A DNA stretch of 63,577 bases, taken from positions 1-63,577 of the IMG/VR virus record IMGVR_UViG_3300032232_000301; one strand, given 5' to 3'. Numbering within the stretch: the stretch's first letter is position 1; each line of letters opens with the position of its first letter. The stretch comes from a virus. Lineage: Duplodnaviria > Caudoviricetes. Positions 47,886 through 55,305 of this stretch are shown here, one piece after another. The notes under the pieces were generated by a model that saw only the letters and a program-made list of their open reading frames with translations, searched no databases and was not told the origin of the DNA. The position numbers and the translations under genes were made by a program.

Positions 47886-49154
47886 TCAAACCTCCTTAAT
47901 GTTTACGATCTGACCTTTGGGCGGTGTGTAGTCAGCGTTACCGATCACGCACCACAAGATAGGAACATTCAACGATGCCCACCCCGGCGGATTGCTATGC
48001 ATATACCCATCCGTTAGAACCACAAGAGCATCTGGCCTAATGCTATGTTCTTGCATAAACACAGGTATGCAGTCAGGGTTAGTACCACCACCACCTCGTG
48101 GGTTTGTTCTACTGATAATGTTTTTGATATCAGATGTGTAGGTCTCATGCCCATCCACACGAGTGTCCCAATACATAACATCCACACGATCAGGCATAAC
48201 ATCCAGTATCAGCTTATTGAACTCCGACATGAACGCATCAAGCAACGGACCTTGGATAGAGCCCGATGTATCAAATGCTACCGCGAGGTGCTTCATCTTC
48301 TTACCGATGATCGCAGGCAGGATAACGTCTTGCCACAAGTAGTTCTTGTGAGCCTTGCGCCACGATGGTGCGTCACGCCCGCGCAGATTCGTCTTGACGA
48401 ACCGCTTGAGTACTTCACGCCAATCAATCTTCGGTGCGAGAAGTTCACCAATCTCTCTGGACATGTTGCCGCCTACCTTGCCCGCATAGATCGCGCCTTG
48501 GCGCAGCGCATGATCGATGTCCTGTTCTAACTGTTTCTTTTCCTCTTCAGACAGACCATCCTGTGCGCCTTGCCAGTCGTGCTCGTCAAGGGAATTACCG
48601 ACATCTTGTCGATCGTTCCCGCGATGCCCGTTTCCACCCTCGTCATCACCATCATCACATGGGCGACCACGAGGTGGTGGCTCAGGTTGTTCTTCACGCA
48701 AGATATCAAACACCTGCTTGGCATCCATACCACGGAAGCGCGTGTCAAAGCAACCCATCGGCTTACCCGTCTGGGGGTCACGAGGATGAGACAAGACACT
48801 CTCGCTTGGGTCCATATCGTACAACTGGATGTTGATCACATGGTCGCACGCCATGTTAGCGAGTTGATGGTCGACCTCGTGCAACCCCTTCCACGTTGTT
48901 AGGTGGCGGTAGCACTTGTGCATGTTCTCGTGCATCACAAGAAACGCAAGCTCTTTGTCAGCCAAGCTATCGACAAAGCCACGCCCGTACTCAGCATCTC
49001 TGCCGTTGGTGCGCGCAGTCGGTACAAGATCAGACACACTTGTGCGACCGACCATGAACAGACCAGCAAACAATGCGAACTGTGGGTTACGCATCAGGCT
49101 AACGTGAACAAGCTCGATGCGTTGTTCAGCTTTGAGTTTTGGTTTGAGTATCAT
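47886..49154 (-). CDS. DUF2201-like metallopeptidase plus VWA domain protein
   Basis: MHENMH (HExxH), FDTSGS (MIDAS), GGGT, LTDG. Confidence 0.85.
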   Translation of the reverse strand: MILKPKLKAEQRIELVHVSLMRNPQFALFAGLFMVGRTSVSDLVPTARTNGRDAEYGRGFVDSLADKELAFLVMHENMHKCYRHLTTWKGLHEVDHQLANMACDHVINIQLYDMDPSESVLSHPRDPQTGKPMGCFDTRFRGMDAKQVFDILREEQPEPPPRGRPCDDGDDEGGNGHRGNDRQDVGNSLDEHDWQGAQDGLSEEEKKQLEQDIDHALRQGAIYAGKVGGNMSREIGELLAPKIDWREVLKRFVKTNLRGRDAPSWRKAHKNYLWQDVILPAIIGKKMKHLAVAFDTSGSIQGPLLDAFMSEFNKLILDVMPDRVDVMYWDTRVDGHETYTSDIKNIISRTNPRGGGGTNPDCIPVFMQEHSIRPDALVVLTDGYMHSNPPGWASLNVPILWCVIGNADYTPPKGQIVNIKEV

Positions 49155-49290
49155 TTTCTAATTCCTCTTTCATTCTTAAAGTCATTACTTCAATGTAATG
49201 GGCTAGGTCATGTTCTCCAAGGAGTCGCAGTTGTGCCGCGAACCCCATGCCCGAACGGTAAAAGTTATTTAGTTGTGTCTTGTCAATCAT
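49126..49290 (-). CDS. 54-aa hypothetical protein
   Basis: MIDKTQLNNFYRSGMGF...; fills the gap. Confidence 0.45.
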   Translation of the reverse strand: MIDKTQLNNFYRSGMGFAAQLRLLGEHDLAHYIEVMTLRMKEELENDTQTKTQS

Positions 49291-49474
49291 CGTACCCCCC
49301 TGCTTTCAACATCTCATCGGCAAAGTAGTACGACTCCTTCGCAAGCTCAGGGATAGCATCGCTAATCCAATCCTCTAGCGTACCGTCCATAAACATGGCG
49401 CGATACTGTGGCACTAGACTTTGCATAGCCAAGCCCGCAAAGTGATCTCTTAGTTCTCTAATAGTCATAGTCAT
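49283..49474 (-). CDS. Hypothetical protein of the LRDxFAxxAM type
   Basis: LRDHFAGLAMQ...YYFADEMLKA. Confidence 0.7.
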   Translation of the reverse strand: MTMTIRELRDHFAGLAMQSLVPQYRAMFMDGTLEDWISDAIPELAKESYYFADEMLKAGGYDD

Positions 49475-49731
49475 TGCACCACCTTCGCTTTCACATCGAT
49501 AACGACCGTCGTATCCTCAAGCTTTCTCAGCTTCTTCTTAGCGAGCGGGGCGGATGAGTCAAACTCGGTGGAGAGACGAGACCATACAGTCGCGTTCCAT
49601 TTAGCCAGTCGCTGACTGGCAATGTGTATCCATCGCCCGCTAGTCTTGTCAACAACATCAAAGCCCTCATTAACTGGCACGATGAAACAGTTGCGGTAGC
49701 TGACGGGGACGCCTATCTTAGTAGTTTTCAT
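49471..49731 (-). CDS. Hypothetical protein
   Basis: AAGGA RBS; ATGA coupling. Confidence 0.65.
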   Translation of the reverse strand: MKTTKIGVPVSYRNCFIVPVNEGFDVVDKTSGRWIHIASQRLAKWNATVWSRLSTEFDSSAPLAKKKLRKLEDTTVVIDVKAKVVQ

Positions 49732-49750
49732 TTAAGTTCCTTAGTTGGTT

Positions 49751-49779
49751 GGAATGTTCGACAGAATGTCGATTTATCC
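49751..49779. repeat. 29-bp dyad, copy 4
   Basis: GGAA tgt TCGACA gaa TGTCGA ttt ATCC. Confidence 0.9.
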
Positions 49780-50850
49780 CTTGAGTCCGGCAAACATGTA
49801 CTGGTTCTCACGAGCCCATGTCACGAACGCAGGGTGTGCAATAGCCCAATTCTTCTTGGCTTTAACTTCAAGTAAGCTGTTGATGAAGAGTGCTTGTGCT
49901 TCTTTAGGCATACGCTTGACGAAGCGCATCCATGTTCCGAATGTTTCACGAGTGCATGTGGACACACCCTTGAACATTAAAATACATTGAGCCGCTGGGC
50001 TTGTGGGCAAAGTCACAGAGTCAGGGTTGGTCTCGATCGCCTCACGGGTCGGGAGTTGATCAGCCATGGCGATGTATGCTTGCAAGTCACGCGAGCCTGA
50101 GAAACCCAGAGTGCCGTCAAGTGCTGTGATCAATGCGTTCTCTGTGATGCGGTCACGCACAGTTACCCAATGCGATGCTTTAAACAAGGAACGAGGCGAG
50201 ACAAACGCAATCTGCGAGGCATCACTTGGGTTGAAGATGTACGGATTCTCTTTCTGCCCGCCATCGGTATACGACGCCATGCAATGCGGATACTCTCGCA
50301 CCCATGCTTGCACCTCGGGTGCTACACCGTTATTGATAGCCCAAGCTAGCCACTCGTCAGCACTGGGCTTCATGTACGGGGCCCATGTCTGACGGTTGCG
50401 GGTATGCGCCTTGGCTGAATCACCGACACCATCACCATCGTTGTTACCGGTAGTAAAGACAATAGAGTCAGGGTGCAAGTTGAAGTTACCCATCCGACGC
50501 TCGTGCAGTAGCGGGTGCAGAGTGTTACGCACATAGTCATCGGTCTTGGTCCACTCGTCGATCATGATCACGCATGGTTCGTTGAGATGAAGCTTGAAAC
50601 TCTCAGCGGGATAGAAGTCCAAGGTGCGTGTCGTGTGGTTAGGGATGGGCATGCCCGCCTGACCCACATCGGTGTTCGGACCATCGATGTACACCTTGTG
50701 ATATCCGGTGCGCTCGACGATGACATCTTGGATCGCGGTCTTACCAACACCGGGTTCGCCAGTAAGGTGTACTGAGTTATGCCCGCTATGGAGAAGCAGA
50801 TCAACGGCCTCTGCGAAGTTGATACGACGGCTGAATTTAATATCTGACAT
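49774..50850 (-). CDS. AAA+ ATPase (MoxR/dynein-related type)
   Basis: GEPGVGKT, MIDE, TTGN, SPRS. Confidence 0.85.
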   Translation of the reverse strand: MSDIKFSRRINFAEAVDLLLHSGHNSVHLTGEPGVGKTAIQDVIVERTGYHKVYIDGPNTDVGQAGMPIPNHTTRTLDFYPAESFKLHLNEPCVIMIDEWTKTDDYVRNTLHPLLHERRMGNFNLHPDSIVFTTGNNDGDGVGDSAKAHTRNRQTWAPYMKPSADEWLAWAINNGVAPEVQAWVREYPHCMASYTDGGQKENPYIFNPSDASQIAFVSPRSLFKASHWVTVRDRITENALITALDGTLGFSGSRDLQAYIAMADQLPTREAIETNPDSVTLPTSPAAQCILMFKGVSTCTRETFGTWMRFVKRMPKEAQALFINSLLEVKAKKNWAIAHPAFVTWARENQYMFAGLKG

Positions 50851-50879
50851 TTTGGTTTCCTAATAAAAGAAGAGAGAAA

Positions 50880-50908
50880 GGAACGATCGACACCATGTCG
50901 ACAATTCC
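50880..50908. repeat. 29-bp dyad, copy 5
   Basis: GGAA cga TCGACA cca TGTCGA caa TTCC. Confidence 0.9.
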
Positions 50909-50912
50909 GAGG

Positions 50913-51188
50913 TTACGAGCGTGGGTACTTTTGGTTGGTATCTAGAAGTGTCTTGGGTGCAGACGCCTCAGTTACCAACATGTAAGGACCTTTGCCGTAG
51001 GGTTGCACCACACACCAAGACTGGCGTGCGGAGATCGCGGCTTGATTACCGCAATGCATGCACGAGTGATAGCCTAAAGACCAACGCTCGTGGTGGACGT
51101 CATCCCCGCAATGGACACAGGCGTACCAGTCGTAGGTACGTCTCGGCGGGTGATGATCGTCATCGTATTCTGTAGTATGGTGTGTCAT
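50913..51188 (-). CDS. C4 zinc-finger protein (DksA/TraR-like finger)
   Basis: CVHCGDDVHHERWSLGYHSCMHCG. Confidence 0.6.
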   Translation of the reverse strand: MTHHTTEYDDDHHPPRRTYDWYACVHCGDDVHHERWSLGYHSCMHCGNQAAISARQSWCVVQPYGKGPYMLVTEASAPKTLLDTNQKYPRS

Positions 51189-51343
51189 GGATTGATCTCC
51201 CAATAAGTTAAGACAAGCTCATCCGTTTCGGGATGACGGTAGAAATGAATCTCGGTGTAGTCACGCCCCTCTGCAACGCATCGGTCGAGGGCTTGCAACC
51301 AACTGAGGGCAATCGCCTTGTGGCGAATGGGTCTGCGCCACAT
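51185..51343 (-). CDS. 52-aa hypothetical protein
   Basis: MWRRPIRHKAIALSW...; coupled at both ends. Confidence 0.55.
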   Translation of the reverse strand: MWRRPIRHKAIALSWLQALDRCVAEGRDYTEIHFYRHPETDELVLTYWEINP

Positions 51344-51432
51344 CACGGTCTCCAATAGAAGAGGTCGAGGACAAGCACAATGAGTGCAAGGGCAATGATG
51401 AAGCGCTGAAAGCGCTCGAAGTCAGTAAACAT
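51343..51432 (-). CDS. 29-aa single-TM peptide
   Basis: MFTDFERFQRFIIALALIVLVLDLFYWRP; GGAG RBS. Confidence 0.65.
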   Translation of the reverse strand: MFTDFERFQRFIIALALIVLVLDLFYWRP

Positions 51433-51468
51433 AAGGCATCTCCAATATAAGAAATAACACAAGAGGAA

Positions 51469-51497
51469 GGAATAGTCGACAAGCTGTCGATAAGTCC
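51469..51497. repeat. 29-bp dyad, copy 6
   Basis: GGAA tag TCGACA agc TGTCGA taa GTCC. Confidence 0.9.
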
Positions 51498-51548
51498 GAC
51501 CACGGAAGGAAGTACATAAGAAGTTCTACTAGCTAATGTACTTCGTAC

Positions 51549-51577
51549 ATTATACCATACATTCTAGACAAAGTCAA
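51549..51577 (-). promoter_or_regulatory. Strong sigma70-type early promoter
   Basis: TTGACT-17 bp-TATAAT with extended -10 TG. Confidence 0.8.
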
Positions 51578-51608
51578 GACCCCCTCCGTGTTTCAGGCAC
51601 TCATTCCG

Positions 51609-52379
51609 TTAGTTGGCAGGTAAGTCCCAGTCTTGCATGGATTTCTGTAATAGGCGCTTCTTTCGTTCCTCGATCTGCTTGAAGATGTTGTTCTCGCCAA
51701 AGAAGTCCTCCGCCTCTTGGTTTAGCTGAGCTTTTTGGGCGGCTTCCTCTGCGGGCGTGACGGGTGGTTTATAGATCATGCTCTTCATACGCAACACGGG
51801 TTTGAAGTCGGTATCGCTAGGCGCGGGCGGAGTGTTATGGGCGTTCGGGATGATCTTGTCTTGGCGTAGATTAGCGGGAAGTCCCTTGGCATCATGGCCC
51901 GCTTGCATCGCGCTCTCTTGGAGTAGCTTTAGAACACCAAGTTCAACAGGCTGGAGTTCGTCGATGAGTTCACGCGAGGGCAACACATGGCGTATCTTTT
52001 CTTGAGCGGGGGTGAGATCGGTGAAGAACCTGCCCGCCTTGCCCTCTATGGAGGACAGCTCCCAACGCAGTTGCACCATCTTGGTGGTTTCGGTGTGGTG
52101 GTATGGGTTGACGCATGACGGGGTCGTGCACCATTTCACCAGACGCTTGGAGGCGGGCACATACCTGCAAAGGGTGAACAGGATGCGGGCCACCGAGTTG
52201 GTGTTAAGTTTCATCGTGAGGTGTGAAGCAGGGGAAAGGACAGGTGGGGGAGGGTTGTGGGCGGACTCTTCGCCATACGGCCAAACAAAGCAAAGGTCGG
52301 AGCCTTGGATGAGACAGTTGTTGATGAGGTCATCAGCGTTCTTGTACTTGGGGGTGCGGGTGCGTTTAGGTTCAGTCAT
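51609..52379 (-). CDS. Degenerate His-Me finger (HNH-like) protein
   Basis: CFVW...VARILF...KWCTTPSCVNPYH; start set to MTEPK with AAGGA RBS. Confidence 0.6.
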   Translation of the reverse strand: MTEPKRTRTPKYKNADDLINNCLIQGSDLCFVWPYGEESAHNPPPPVLSPASHLTMKLNTNSVARILFTLCRYVPASKRLVKWCTTPSCVNPYHHTETTKMVQLRWELSSIEGKAGRFFTDLTPAQEKIRHVLPSRELIDELQPVELGVLKLLQESAMQAGHDAKGLPANLRQDKIIPNAHNTPPAPSDTDFKPVLRMKSMIYKPPVTPAEEAAQKAQLNQEAEDFFGENNIFKQIEERKKRLLQKSMQDWDLPAN

Positions 52380-52394
52380 GGGGTTCCTTTGGAT

Positions 52395-52769
52395 AGTCAA
52401 GTTCGATAAGAGTGGAATAACAAGCCTTATCTTATCTCTTACTTTGGGGAATGTCAAGCATTTTCAAGGGGTTGCGTGGTAAATGTAAGAGATAATAAAC
52501 CTCTTCGCGGTTTTAGGAAAATTGAGAGAAGAAAAGTTTTTGGGGGGAGCCATGCCCGCGAGGGGCGATCGGGAAGCTAAGAAAATTTCCGGCGCCTCTC
52601 AATTTTCTGGAAACCGCGAAGAGTTCTTATTATTTATTATTTTTAAAGATAGATAGAGAGAGAAGCTAGGAAAATCAAGGACTTGCGAAAGCGCTCGAAA
52701 ACTAAATGTAAGATTGCGGATATGCTAAATTCGTGTTATCGAACTTGACTTTGGGGGTTAAATGTAAGA
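52395..52769. repeat. Nested inverted and direct repeat region (origin-like)
   Basis: 15-bp perfect IR 52395-52409/52736-52750; 28-bp IR 52501-52528/52596-52623; three TAAATGTAAGA; AT tract 52624-52647. Confidence 0.75.
52429..52457 (-). promoter_or_regulatory. Sigma70-type promoter
   Basis: TTGACA-17 bp-TAAGAT. Confidence 0.7.
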
Positions 52770-52899
52770 CATAAGATACGGATGGTGGTGTTAACACCTA
52801 CTAATAAGAGCGAATCAGGAAAAGAACATCTTGCCAGGGAGTTGGTGTGCGAGTCTTGACGCGAGCATCACTGGGCGGGCGTCGCTTCGTAGCGGGCGC

Positions 52900-52928
52900 G
52901 GAAAGATCGACGAAATGTCGTTAATTCC
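52900..52928. repeat. 29-bp dyad, copy 7 (degenerate)
   Basis: GGAA aga TCGACG aaa TGTCGT taa TTCC. Confidence 0.8.
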
Positions 52929-53111
52929 CAACAACCCTAAGCCGTTCGTTAGGGGACTGGTATCTATAGCGGGCGTCGATACCACGCCAACGTCGCCCGC
53001 GATGCATAGGACTAGCCCGTTGCTCAACACCATGCCCCTAGGACTACTCCGTTGCTCTGCACGGAACGGGTCTCGCGGGCGCGGCAAAATTTGCCGCCCA
53101 GAAAAAAGGCG

Positions 53112-53149
53112 AAAAAAAACGCCCGCCACGCTAAAAAGCATGACGGGCG
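53112..53149 (-). terminator. Intrinsic terminator (duplicated hairpin, copy A)
   Basis: CGCCCG/CGGGCG stem followed by U8 on the - strand. Confidence 0.7.
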
Positions 53150-53157
53150 CGGGGGGA

Positions 53158-53367
53158 TTAAAGCATCTCCCTGAAACTAAACTCAGCGATAGCCAAGGGC
53201 GCAATGCGCTCATTGCGGGCTTTGAAAGCCTCGAAATTTTCGTCGCAAGCAGAACGACGGCAGTGCATTGTTGCCAGAGTGACACGCTTGTCACGGAAGC
53301 GATCTTCACCCATCGGCAAAGTCACGAACATAAAAACGGTCAACTGACCAAAAACATCGTTAGACAT
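53158..53367 (-). CDS. 69-aa early hypothetical protein
   Basis: MSNDVFGQL...; GGAG RBS; followed by a terminator. Confidence 0.6.
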   Translation of the reverse strand: MSNDVFGQLTVFMFVTLPMGEDRFRDKRVTLATMHCRRSACDENFEAFKARNERIAPLAIAEFSFREML

Positions 53368-53434
53368 ATAGTCTCCAATAAAGGTTAGGGAAGAAACGCC
53401 CGCCATGCACAATTACATAGCGGGCGCGGTGGGA

Positions 53435-54112
53435 TTAACCCAAGAGCAATGCGACTTGAGCGAGCAAGTCCATTGAGTCATCGGTGCCAGCTTTCGCTAG
53501 CTCTTTCACGCGGGCAATGATTTTGTCCGCCGTCGCTTTGACCAACGCTTTTTCAGCATCAATAGAATCAGCCTCACGACGCTTGATCTCTTTGCGAAGC
53601 TTGTCAGCCTCACGATTAGATGCATCAGTATCCTGAGCCCGCAATGCTTGCCGCTTTTCTTCTAACTCAGCAGTGCTGATGTCAGCCAGTTTAGCGATCT
53701 CTTTTGCTTTCGCCTCGGCTTTGCGAACGGCATCCTTCGACTCTGACTTAGGGCGCGTAAAGGGAACACTTTCACCCTTTTCATTTTTCACAGTAAACCC
53801 AGAACTAATCCGGTTTACTTGTCTCTCCCATCGCTTTTGAGCCGCATCAACCGAATCGAGTAGATCGACCGCGCCCGCAATGTGAAACTCGCGCACCTTC
53901 ATGAACTCGACATAAGACAGGTCTTTGACGATCTCAAACAGGTTCGCATCGAGTACATCGAGCGCCTCTTTGCCGCGAGCCATGAGGCGCTCGGCTTGGA
54001 GTGTCTCCGTACCCAACTGAAACAGAGTCTCGCGGGCAGAGTCAATAGAATCGAAACCGGTAATGGTTTCAACAGCGACAGCAGATGTCGCAACAGTAGC
54101 AGTAGTTGCCAT
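53435..54112 (-). CDS. 225-aa helical protein, probably the first early gene
   Basis: MATTATVATS...; GGAG RBS; charged coiled-coil C-terminus. Confidence 0.75.
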   Translation of the reverse strand: MATTATVATSAVAVETITGFDSIDSARETLFQLGTETLQAERLMARGKEALDVLDANLFEIVKDLSYVEFMKVREFHIAGAVDLLDSVDAAQKRWERQVNRISSGFTVKNEKGESVPFTRPKSESKDAVRKAEAKAKEIAKLADISTAELEEKRQALRAQDTDASNREADKLRKEIKRREADSIDAEKALVKATADKIIARVKELAKAGTDDSMDLLAQVALLLG

Positions 54113-54152
54113 GATGTATTCTCCGTAATAAAAGGAAGGCATGATTGCCACC

Positions 54153-54181
54153 GGAATAATCGACATCGTGTCGAACATTCC
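54153..54181. repeat. 29-bp dyad, copy 8
   Basis: GGAA taa TCGACA tcg TGTCGA aca TTCC. Confidence 0.9.
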
Positions 54182-54542
54182 GTATCGCCAGACCATCAAT
54201 CTGTCGATGATGTATATTAACCAATGGGTAGAAAAAGGGGTGAAACTCCACACAGGAACGCCATGCTAAAGAATGGAAAAATCCCGAAAAAAAAATCGCC
54301 TTGTCTCCGGCTAGACCTCGTGAATCGAAAAAAAATCGCCCTCCGGAGAGACCTATGTAAATCAAAAAAGACTCTGGCGTTGACCCACTGGGTGGGCACC
54401 CCCAAGATTGGAGAACACCTCCTGCCCCAGGACATACACAGTGTGCTGCACAGTGGGGGAGCAAAAATTAAAATTTCTGGGATTGCAGACCCCACCCCCT
54501 CGCTATAGGAAGACCCCCCGGTAAGGGGACCCAAAAATAAAT

Positions 54543-54572
54543 TTGCATAGGGTGTATTTTTTCTGCTACAGT
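54543..54572 (+). promoter_or_regulatory. Possible promoter of the packaging/head operon
   Basis: TTGCAT-18 bp-TACAGT with extended -10 TG. Confidence 0.45.
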
Positions 54573-54624
54573 TCGCGGGCGAGGCGGGCAAGGCTCGCAT
54601 TAACCATGGAGCGCTCTTTCCTCT

Positions 54625-55305
54625 ATGACCATCAGAATAGAACCGGACAAAACGATCCCGTTTCCAGACAATCTGGACTCGGAAGAACCAACGACACTGC
54701 GTGAGAACATGCAGTTAGCCGCTAATACAGCTGCCTTCATCAAGGGGCTAGGCGCAGTCGTCGAAGAAACGCCAGAGACCGAAGGTCAAGCGGGCGAAGT
54801 ATTCCAAGAATTCTCTGAGATAGCTAAGCAGCAGTTTGAAGATGCTATGACAGAAAAGCCCAAACGCGGCAGACCCCGTATACACCCCGAAAAAGTTCAG
54901 CATACTGTATCCACGAAACTACAGTCCATGCCTGTTGCTCAGCGCATAGGTACGATGCTCAAAGAGTACAACAATCCGATTGTTGCGGATGCTGCAGAAT
55001 TGCGGTTAGTAGTTACTAACAAACTGCTTGATTTGGCAGGGTGCGGGGATCCTAGAATCGAGATTAAAGCTACGGAAATGCTGGGCAAAATCAGTGACGT
55101 AGGTTTGTTCTCAGAGAAGACAGAGATTACGGTGACGTACAACAATGTGTCGGATATTGACGAGGCCATCAAGGACAAGATTCGCAAGATGATGAAGTTG
55201 AATGCGATCGACGTGCCATCTGTGGACTTAGATATGAGAAGAGAGTTTGAAGATCCTGAAGTTATTGAGGATGTGACTCCTGAAGAAGGCGAGTCGGATG
55301 TCTGA
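54625..55305 (+). CDS. Probable terminase small subunit
   Basis: Directly upstream of and overlapping terL; IKATEMLGKISDVGLFSEKTE. Confidence 0.65.
   Translation: MTIRIEPDKTIPFPDNLDSEEPTTLRENMQLAANTAAFIKGLGAVVEETPETEGQAGEVFQEFSEIAKQQFEDAMTEKPKRGRPRIHPEKVQHTVSTKLQSMPVAQRIGTMLKEYNNPIVADAAELRLVVTNKLLDLAGCGDPRIEIKATEMLGKISDVGLFSEKTEITVTYNNVSDIDEAIKDKIRKMMKLNAIDVPSVDLDMRREFEDPEVIEDVTPEEGESDV

Noticed and set aside
23000-52100. GCCCGC as a polar Chi/KOPS-like motif
   Set aside because: It looks frequent by eye (about 20 copies in 41-52 kb) but also occurs on the other strand and in both arms; codon-pair compensation for avoided sites may explain it, and a formal count is needed
52815-53388. ORFs 52815-53309 (-) and 52831-53388 (+)
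   Set aside because: They run through terminators and repeats, lack a clear RBS and overlap a better-supported gene
44381-54181. 29-bp dyads as a CRISPR array or integron attC sites
   Set aside because: Spacing is irregular (about 0.6-2.3 kb) with whole genes between copies; no cas operon or integron integrase; no GTTRRRY core sites
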